64,000 nt of DNA from Candidatus Saccharimonadales bacterium (GTDB taxonomy: Bacteria > Patescibacteriota > Saccharimonadia > Saccharimonadales > 2-12-FULL-41-12). The stretch lies in assembly GCA_041906505.1 (NCBI GenBank), contig JAYRJB010000001.1, forward strand, positions 10,585-74,584. Direction: 5' to 3'. Below, one piece after another: positions 26,905 to 33,755 of this stretch. The notes below the pieces were generated by a model, which was not told where the DNA came from, did not search any database, and saw nothing but the letters and a program-made list of their open reading frames with translations. The position numbers were made by a program, and so were the translations under genes. Position 1 is the first letter of the stretch. Every line of letters starts with the position of its first letter.

Positions 26905-27956
26905 TTTCCCCTTTGCAGCAAAGGACTGTGAGTAAATAGAGTTTCGAGTACGCTTTTTGCAACGTTAAGCGTTATTGCGTTGCCGGCCTGTCGATATAGC
27001 TGCGTGTCAGAAACGCCGGCTTTTTGGGCCTTCTCAGCAAATGAATCCTCAAATCCTTGCAAACGAAATGCTTCTTTTGGTGTCAATTTTCTGATTCTAT
27101 TGTGGCCACTTTGTGCGGGCAGCACCTTTTTTCCATCGAATGTACCATGAATAAAGTTGTCAGAATAATAGTTATCTTGGTTTGCTCTGTGCATCTTGTG
27201 CATCGTTGCCGTAAGTGGTCTGGCATGAATCCTGTTAATCTCTGATTTCGAATAATAGCCACCGCTGCCATGCTCCAAAATAGTTTTTATCATTTTTTTT
27301 GAAAGGTAATATTTTTCATCTACCTCTTGTTCTAAAAGATGCCAAACGGTTTTGTATCGAGTTTTGCTCATTGGCTTGTCAAATTGGGCATCAGAGATAT
27401 AACGAAAATCCTTTTTTCTTTTGACGCCAATAAAGTAGAGTCTTCGCCGGTGTTGTGGCACCCCAAAATCAATGCTGTTAAGAAGCTCGGTTCTCAAACT
27501 GTAGCCAAGCTCTTCTGTCAATATTTTTACTATTCTCTCGTACGTCTTGCCTTGGTCGTGCGTCTTTATTCCCCGCACATTTTCCAAAATGAAAAAGTCT
27601 GGTTTTTTTACCGAAAGAATCTTTGCGATTTGGAAAAATAACGTGCCTCTTGTGTCTTCAAAACCGGCCTTATCTCCCATTAGGCTAAACGGCTGACAAG
27701 GAAAACCTGCGAAAAGTACATCAAATTGTGGGATATTTTTTATATCCGCCAATGAAAGTTTAGAAATATCACCGATCGGCACTTCGTTTTTATTAAGCCG
27801 AAAGTTGGCATGATAGGTTTTTAGTGCATGCGGGTCTATCTCGCTATAACCAACGCATTCTGTAGCAAACCCGATCTTTTTCGATGTTTGCTCAATCGCA
27901 GCACGAAACCCCCCAACACCCGCAAATAAATCTACATACCGAATCGGCTTTGTCAT
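26901..27956 (-). CDS. dcm: DNA (cytosine-5)-methyltransferase
   Basis: It has motif I DLFAGVGGF, motif IV GFPCQPFS, motif VI ENVRG, motif VIII QHRRRLYFIG and motif X RQAGNAI. Confidence 0.9.
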   Translation of the reverse strand: MTKPIRYVDLFAGVGGFRAAIEQTSKKIGFATECVGYSEIDPHALKTYHANFRLNKNEVPIGDISKLSLADIKNIPQFDVLFAGFPCQPFSLMGDKAGFEDTRGTLFFQIAKILSVKKPDFFILENVRGIKTHDQGKTYERIVKILTEELGYSLRTELLNSIDFGVPQHRRRLYFIGVKRKKDFRYISDAQFDKPMSKTRYKTVWHLLEQEVDEKYYLSKKMIKTILEHGSGGYYSKSEINRIHARPLTATMHKMHRANQDNYYSDNFIHGTFDGKKVLPAQSGHNRIRKLTPKEAFRLQGFEDSFAEKAQKAGVSDTQLYRQAGNAITLNVAKSVLETLFTHSPLLQRGN

Positions 27957-27963
27957 GGCTCTA

Positions 27964-29121
27964 CTATACCAACCTTTTCATAAGCGTTTTTGCAATAACC
28001 TCACTTAACAGTGGCGGTACTGCGTTGCCAATCTGGTTGTACCACTGAGAGTACGGCCCCTCAAAAATGTAGTCATCCGGGAAACTTTGAATTCGAGCCG
28101 CCTCTCTGGGCGTAAGACCACGAACTTCATACGGATGAATGTACATGTTGCAGTCAAATTTCATGTGAGATGTGATTGTTTTTGACACCTTGTTCGGATC
28201 AAGCTTAAAGTATTTATCCTTGAATATGTGGGAACGAGTTTTATAAGGCATTATGTGGGCAATGCTTTGGTGATCAGATCTTCCGCCTTGCGGCAAAAGT
28301 TTATATATCTCAAGGTCGCGGGGGTTGTTATACCGCGCCTTATGATTATAGGTGCGTTTAGGAGATTTGCCCCGGTTAATCGCAGTGATGTATTTATTCG
28401 CTGGGGACCGTGCAAAAATTTGGTCCTCAAAAAACCCACTGTCTGCCGATTCGATACTTGTGTCCCCCTTTTTTTGTCGTGCCGATAACCTCCTTAATCC
28501 CCACAGTGCATCTTTAATTGGCACAGTAGCGGCTGTTTTTGCGCGCTCTATGTCAGAAAAAAGCTGCTGCAATTGCTGGCGAGGATTTGGCAGGGCGTCC
28601 TTCCTAACACCAATGTAGATGAGCCTTTCACGATTTTGCGGTATACCATAGTCTTTCGCATTTAAGACAATATAGTCCGCTACATACCCAATTGCGTTAA
28701 ATGCATCTACTACCACAGGTGCTACCGGCAGCATTCCTTTCACGTTTTCCATAAGAATAATCTTGGGTTTTGTTATTGCAATCGCGTGTATGAACTTCTT
28801 AAATAGCACATTTCTTGGATCATTTAATAAGCGCTGTCGGTTGGCCATACTAAAGCCTTGACACGGTGGCCCACCAACCACAACTGAAATGTTGGTTTTC
28901 CGTAACGCATCGGCTTGTTTGTCGATAAAATCGTCAATATCACTATGAACAATTTTCTCTTTCGCTAGCGAGGGGTGATTTTTTCTATAGGTAAGGACCG
29001 AAGATAAGTCATTGTCGTTTGCCAAAAAAATCTCAAAACCAGCACGGCTAAATCCGAGAGACAACCCTCCAGGACCACAAAATAAATCTACAACAAGAGG
29101 TTGCTTTGTTTTTTTAGTCAT
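27964..29121 (-). CDS. dcm: DNA (cytosine-5)-methyltransferase (second copy)
   Basis: It has motif I DLFCGPGGLS, motif IV GGPPCQGFS, motif VI ENVKGM, motif VIII QNRERLIYIG and motif X QIGNAVPP. Confidence 0.9.
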   Translation of the reverse strand: MTKKTKQPLVVDLFCGPGGLSLGFSRAGFEIFLANDNDLSSVLTYRKNHPSLAKEKIVHSDIDDFIDKQADALRKTNISVVVGGPPCQGFSMANRQRLLNDPRNVLFKKFIHAIAITKPKIILMENVKGMLPVAPVVVDAFNAIGYVADYIVLNAKDYGIPQNRERLIYIGVRKDALPNPRQQLQQLFSDIERAKTAATVPIKDALWGLRRLSARQKKGDTSIESADSGFFEDQIFARSPANKYITAINRGKSPKRTYNHKARYNNPRDLEIYKLLPQGGRSDHQSIAHIMPYKTRSHIFKDKYFKLDPNKVSKTITSHMKFDCNMYIHPYEVRGLTPREAARIQSFPDDYIFEGPYSQWYNQIGNAVPPLLSEVIAKTLMKRLV

Positions 29122-29186
29122 TGCCTACAATTATAGTCTAGGGTGGCACAAAAAGTCAGGGGCGATTCTTATTTGTCCAGTCTCGC

Positions 29187-30110
29187 CTATCTGGGAAACT
29201 GAGGACACGGCGCTGGCGTAGCCGTATCGGCACGAAGACTGAGTAGTAGTTGCTCATATGAAATATTGCCCAGTTTTTGCAGTATACCTGCCGCCCGTAG
29301 TTGGGCGATTGAATTGTGCCGCTGCTTCGGTCCAAGCGACGAGTTTTTGATGCAACTGCGTACGGTGTCTATTTCTTCTGGCGTAAGCACCGTAAGATCC
29401 CTGGTGTCCAGTGGGCGCATATCAATTAGCTCCTCTTTAAAGGCCGCTGTGATCAGTTCGTCCTTTGTAAGATCGTTTTTCTTTTGGGCGTTAGAAAATA
29501 GCCGAAACTGATCAGTTGGATGTATTCCGGCTCGCTTTGTTATCTCGGCACTGGTTAGCGCAAGGGAACCTAAGAATTTGGCTTCTTGAGGTGTAAGTAC
29601 TAGAGAACTCTCTTCGCGGTTATAGGGACTCGGTCTATTAGAAGCCTTGGGTTTTGGCAAATTCATTTCCTCTCCAATTTCAACCAAATCCCGTTCAAAG
29701 TTAATAATTGCTATTAAATCATCGCCCGTAAAGTAACCCCTTGCAATCAAGGAGGGTTTTGCCGGTTCATAGGAACTTGCCCTTGTGCCAAATACGCGCT
29801 GTCCCGCAATAGAGTGTCTTGCACACAGTTCACTTATTGGTTGTTTTGGCGCAACATTTCTCTTTGCGACAGCATAAATTATTTCGTCGTGGTCTTTAAG
29901 ACCAAAGGACCAACTATTCCCCATTAGCTCCGAGAACACACCCAGGTCACGCCGGGTAATTTCGATATTTCGATGTGGTTCAAGAATTGACTCTACCTCA
30001 GAAAAGAACTCGGAAAGCGACGTTCGCTCTGGATCCATTGCGCCTTTTAGGGCATGACGAAGTGGCGTTTCGTACGCTTGCAGCCATTGCTCTTGTTGCA
30101 GTTCACTCAT
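29187..30110 (-). CDS. hypothetical protein with degenerate LuxR/GerE-type HTH-like repeats
   Basis: LTPQEAKFLGSLALTSAEITKRAGIHPTDQFRLFSNAQKK and LTPEEIDTVRSCI...SIAQLRAAGILQKLG resemble LuxR C-terminal HTH units. Confidence 0.4.
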   Translation of the reverse strand: MSELQQEQWLQAYETPLRHALKGAMDPERTSLSEFFSEVESILEPHRNIEITRRDLGVFSELMGNSWSFGLKDHDEIIYAVAKRNVAPKQPISELCARHSIAGQRVFGTRASSYEPAKPSLIARGYFTGDDLIAIINFERDLVEIGEEMNLPKPKASNRPSPYNREESSLVLTPQEAKFLGSLALTSAEITKRAGIHPTDQFRLFSNAQKKNDLTKDELITAAFKEELIDMRPLDTRDLTVLTPEEIDTVRSCIKNSSLGPKQRHNSIAQLRAAGILQKLGNISYEQLLLSLRADTATPAPCPQFPR

Positions 30111-30160
30111 TTAAAAACTACGTTACCCCAACATCATCAACCGACGCAAGCCCGCACCAA

Positions 30161-30198
30161 ACGAAAAATAAAATCCGCATCGAACGTGATACGGATTT
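30161..30198 (-). terminator. rho-independent terminator after rpsP
   Basis: The stem AAATCCGCATC / GATACGGATTT has one mismatch and is followed on the minus strand by TATTTTTCGT. Confidence 0.55.
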
Positions 30199-30243
30199 AT
30201 GTGATTGTGAGGCAATCCAAGAACCGAATGTGTTATTGCAGTT

Positions 30244-30795
30244 TTATGGCTTCTTCTGCTCGCCCTTCTCCTCTGGCGCAGCTTCTTCAACGACTGGCTG
30301 CGCTTCTTTATCGTCCACAGCAGTATCAGTTTCATCAACCGTAGCCGTCTCGTTACCGCTTGATTTCTCAGCCTCAGCGACTGCTTCGCCGTCTGCCGAC
30401 GGAGGAGTTTTTTCGACTTCTGGTTTCTGTTGATCTTCTTGCTGGGTGTTTTCGGCCTCAGTCTTCGGAGACGTCGTCTCGGCAGGCTGGTTTTTGCGAA
30501 GTTTCTCGGGATTCCTGGTTGTCCGAGAGTGTTTGGTGGGCTCTTGTACCCACTTCGGCAGTTTAATACCTTCCGCACTAAATAGCTGAGCAACCCTATC
30601 GGAAGGATGCGCGCCGTGGTCAAGATAAAATTGCGCCTTTTCTTTTACTAGTGTGTTGGTCTTGGTGTGGGGGTCATAGCTACCAAGGTGCGCAACATAC
30701 TTACCGCTCGTCGGAGCTTGTCGAACATCTTGAACAACCACCCTATATGTGGGATGACCTTTTCGACCAAGTCGTTGCATACGAATCGCGAGCAT
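30244..30795 (-). CDS. rpsP: 30S ribosomal protein S16 with about 100-aa low-complexity C-terminal extension
   Basis: It starts MLAIRMQRLGRKGHPTYRVVVQDVRQAPTSGKYVAHLGSYDPH, and the tail is rich in E, K, P, T and A. Confidence 0.9.
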   Translation of the reverse strand: MLAIRMQRLGRKGHPTYRVVVQDVRQAPTSGKYVAHLGSYDPHTKTNTLVKEKAQFYLDHGAHPSDRVAQLFSAEGIKLPKWVQEPTKHSRTTRNPEKLRKNQPAETTSPKTEAENTQQEDQQKPEVEKTPPSADGEAVAEAEKSSGNETATVDETDTAVDDKEAQPVVEEAAPEEKGEQKKP

Positions 30796-30906
30796 CTAAA
30801 AAATTATTCTCTTCCTTCTGATTAACCGAGACAGCCTATACGGCAAATCCCAAGTTGTTACTATTTCACGCTTTGGTTGATATTTTACAGATTATTTACT
30901 CTGTTG

Positions 30907-31641
30907 TCAACGCCTCTTGGAGTTAGCTTTATAATACTGCAAAGCTTGTTCCGCGGCGTTTTGTTGACCAATTTGTTTGCTAGGACCCATGCCTTTCCCG
31001 CGGAGCGCGCCATTTACGAATACCCCGATCGTAAAAGTCTTGTCATGATCGGGACCTTCTTCTTCGAGCACCTTATACACAGGTGTATGATTTTCGACAT
31101 TTTGGGAGAGTTCTTGCAAATGACTCTTCGGGTCCATCCACGAACCCGACTCTAATATGCCGTCAAGTGTCGTAAGCAAGGTCTTTGTAATAAATTCTCG
31201 AGATGGCTCATAACCTTGGTCTAAATAAAGCGCACCGATTACCGCTTCGTAGCTATTCGCTAAAATTTGCAATCTTGCTCGCCCGGTGCCACGTTTCTCT
31301 CCTCGACTCAACCGCAGCAGCGGTTCAAAATTATGAACATTGGCTGCTTCGCCGATACTTTCGGTGCGCACCAATGCGCTACGCCAATTTGTCAAAATGC
31401 CCTCGGGCTCTTTTGGATATTTTCTGTACAGATACTCGGTCACTATTAGTTCTAGCACCGCATCACCAAGAAACTCTAGTCTTTCGTTATGCTCTTTGGC
31501 GGTTTTCTTGTGCTCGTTCACGTATGAACGATGGGTAAAAGCCGTCACCAACAAGCCAATGTCGTTGAATGTCACCCCCAAAACCTCTCTCGCAAACACT
31601 ATGTACTTCGAATAGTCTTGCATCGTCCTAAAGTCCCGCAC
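30907..31641 (-). CDS. rnc: ribonuclease III
   Basis: It has the signature ERLEFLGDAVLELIV and a C-terminal dsRBD. Confidence 0.9.
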   Translation of the reverse strand: MRDFRTMQDYSKYIVFAREVLGVTFNDIGLLVTAFTHRSYVNEHKKTAKEHNERLEFLGDAVLELIVTEYLYRKYPKEPEGILTNWRSALVRTESIGEAANVHNFEPLLRLSRGEKRGTGRARLQILANSYEAVIGALYLDQGYEPSREFITKTLLTTLDGILESGSWMDPKSHLQELSQNVENHTPVYKVLEEEGPDHDKTFTIGVFVNGALRGKGMGPSKQIGQQNAAEQALQYYKANSKRR

Positions 31642-32170
31642 TCCTTATTTTCTTGAGCCCTAACAGTATTATCTTGCCGATATCCTCATATTCAATCTTC
31701 TCTAGCGCATCTGCGGTTGAAAACCAGCGAATATCATTCATCCACTCTTCTGGCTTGAGTTTGTCGGTGTCTCCTCTGGCGTGCACAAGAAATATCTCAG
31801 TGGTCATAAGCACCAAACTGGTTGCCCTTCGGTACCGAAAATTAATTTTGCCGAGCCAATTCATAACGTTCATTTCTGACAATCCCGTCTCTTCGCGTAT
31901 TTCTCGCTCAGCCGTCTGTTTCGCGGACTCACCTTCCTCAATATGACCTTTTGGTATTGTCCAACGATTTTTTGCGTCTTGAATAAGCAATATCTCTATC
32001 TCTTGACTCTTCGGATTACGACGAAAAACCATGCCGCCGCTCGTTGGTTCGCGAACCACTTCGTTGATTGCCGGCTTCCGCCGTGGGATAAATTTCTTGA
32101 AGCCTTCTATCGGCTTAGGTCTTTTCATTCTTCTTCGTATCTTCTTTCTTGGATGCTTTCTTATGCTCAT
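31628..32170 (-). CDS. NUDIX hydrolase
   Basis: It has the Nudix box GHIEEGESAKQTAEREIREETG. The start may be Met15 (32128). Confidence 0.8.
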   Translation of the reverse strand: MSIRKHPRKKIRRRMKRPKPIEGFKKFIPRRKPAINEVVREPTSGGMVFRRNPKSQEIEILLIQDAKNRWTIPKGHIEEGESAKQTAEREIREETGLSEMNVMNWLGKINFRYRRATSLVLMTTEIFLVHARGDTDKLKPEEWMNDIRWFSTADALEKIEYEDIGKIILLGLKKIRSAGL

Positions 32171-32618
32171 TGTCGAGCGTTTTGGCGAGCTTGGGATTAA
32201 TCTGTCTCAGAAAAGTCCCGAGCACGCCATTGATAAATTTTGATGAGTTTTCTCCACCAAAGCCCTTTGCGAGCTCAACTGCTTCGTTGATGACTACCTT
32301 TGGCGGTGTTTCTGGATGATTCTCGAGTTCATACGCACCGATCCTTAGTATCCAATGATCAACTTTTGCAATCTGATCAAGTGGCCACTCCGGGGCAATC
32401 GGCTGAATTTTAGAATCAAGCTGCTTCGAGCTTTCACTTACCCCTTTTGCGAGCGTCACGATGAATTCGTTATCATCAAGATGTGCCCGATACCGACTAA
32501 TATTTCTGTCTACGATTTCCTTTTGGTCGACTGTCTCGTCTCCACATGCCCTACGAAACGACTCTTCGTAGAGTGACTGCAAGACAATTATTCGACCAAG
32601 ATGACGATTCGATGCCAT
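32115..32618 (-). CDS. nusB: transcription antitermination factor NusB
   Basis: It contains RIIVLQSLYE and AVELAKGFGGENSSKFINGVL. Confidence 0.8.
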   Translation of the reverse strand: MASNRHLGRIIVLQSLYEESFRRACGDETVDQKEIVDRNISRYRAHLDDNEFIVTLAKGVSESSKQLDSKIQPIAPEWPLDQIAKVDHWILRIGAYELENHPETPPKVVINEAVELAKGFGGENSSKFINGVLGTFLRQINPKLAKTLDNEHKKASKKEDTKKNEKT

Positions 32619-32655
32619 ATTGTTAATTCGTAGTATCCCTACTAGTTAGTATAGC

Positions 32656-32826
32656 TTATTTCTCCGCAGCGCGACTCTGCGAGCCTTTTTTCGCACCAGA
32701 TTCGCGGCGAGTCGTGTAGGCCTTGACTGGGCTTTTAGCGTTCACTGCTCGAGCCAACTTGACAACAAGATGACTGCGTCGAGAACCAGTGCGTCTATGA
32801 CTGGTGCGCTTCTTGGGCTTACCCAT
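32656..32826 (-). CDS. rpmF: 50S ribosomal protein L32
   Basis: It starts MGKPKKRTSHRRTGSRRSH. The ORF is trimmed to Met27, which has an AGGAAAGGA RBS. Confidence 0.75.
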   Translation of the reverse strand: MGKPKKRTSHRRTGSRRSHLVVKLARAVNAKSPVKAYTTRRESGAKKGSQSRAAEK

Positions 32827-32982
32827 ACAATATCCATCCTTTCCTAAATGAGGTGGGCTAATAAAGTTACTTGGTATTTTACACGTAATTCCGCTTCGCA
32901 TCAAGAAATTGATATTTACAAAGCAATGGTTTTATGTAATTCAATATTGACTTTTATTGATTTTTGTGTTATTTTTGAGACA

Positions 32983-33327
32983 ATGGAAAAATATGAGTAT
33001 AACAGATCACCTTCAGTATTTGCGGCAAAAAATAGACTTATTAGGGGCTTAGCGGCTGGAGCAGGCATAGTTGCCATTGCGGCAACTGGGATCGTCGCGG
33101 CCCAAGACGTACAAGAAAAGTCGAAAACACCGATAAACTGCTATTTGAGTCCGCCCGCCGAAGCCGGTGACACCGAGTTTAGCCTATCGAGAGAAGCTTA
33201 TCCGAAATTGGACGAAGTAGATCCAAGCAATGTCGACATTGCCGTGATTCCAGGTACCATAGAGGGCGTTGGCGACGACGGGATACTCAACCAAGGCGAC
33301 ACTGTCCGGGTCTGCCTAAACAATTAA
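32983..33327 (+). CDS. small membrane-anchored hypothetical protein
   Basis: It has an N-terminal TM, two Cys residues and GDT...QGDTVRVC. The ORF is trimmed to Met46. Confidence 0.4.
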   Translation: MEKYEYNRSPSVFAAKNRLIRGLAAGAGIVAIAATGIVAAQDVQEKSKTPINCYLSPPAEAGDTEFSLSREAYPKLDEVDPSNVDIAVIPGTIEGVGDDGILNQGDTVRVCLNN

Positions 33328-33371
33328 CGCAAGCGTTTTTTGCTAATACAAAAACCCGCTACAATAACGGT

Positions 33372-33749
33372 GTGCGCAGATCAAACGAAGTCATATCTAC
33401 TAATTCAATCAGTCCTGCGGAACTATATCCAAGCAGAGAGGGTAGTTTGATTGCTATCGCCGCAGCGGCACTCACGCTGGTAGCGGGTTTTTATGTCGCA
33501 AAAGAATTGATGGATGAAGGGCAAACAAAGTGCAGTGGACTGCAAAAGGTTGAGGTAAGCGGCGGCGACACGGTATACGGAATTATCAACAAGAACATTA
33601 AGGTCACGGACGGCTATATTAGCTTTTCTCAAGTCCCTGTAACAGTACTCCGCTATAGAGAAGGCCAAAAACCAACCGAAGTCGAAAATGCGGGACAAAT
33701 AATGCCCGGTGACATTGCTATCTTGCCCACAACGTGTCACGAAGAATAA
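33372..33749 (+). CDS. small membrane-anchored hypothetical protein, weakly LysM-like
   Basis: It has a TM, then GGDTVYGIINKN ... PGDIAILP, and two Cys residues. It uses a GTG start. Confidence 0.4.
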   Translation: MRRSNEVISTNSISPAELYPSREGSLIAIAAAALTLVAGFYVAKELMDEGQTKCSGLQKVEVSGGDTVYGIINKNIKVTDGYISFSQVPVTVLRYREGQKPTEVENAGQIMPGDIAILPTTCHEE

Positions 33750-33755
33750 TTTGCG

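Noticed and set aside
30123-30623. 166-aa Arg/Lys-rich ORF overlapping rpsP in another frame, plus plus-strand ORFs at 29975..30566
   Set aside because: These are alternative-frame artefacts of the repetitive low-complexity S16 tail region. The S16 frame has the conserved N-terminus.
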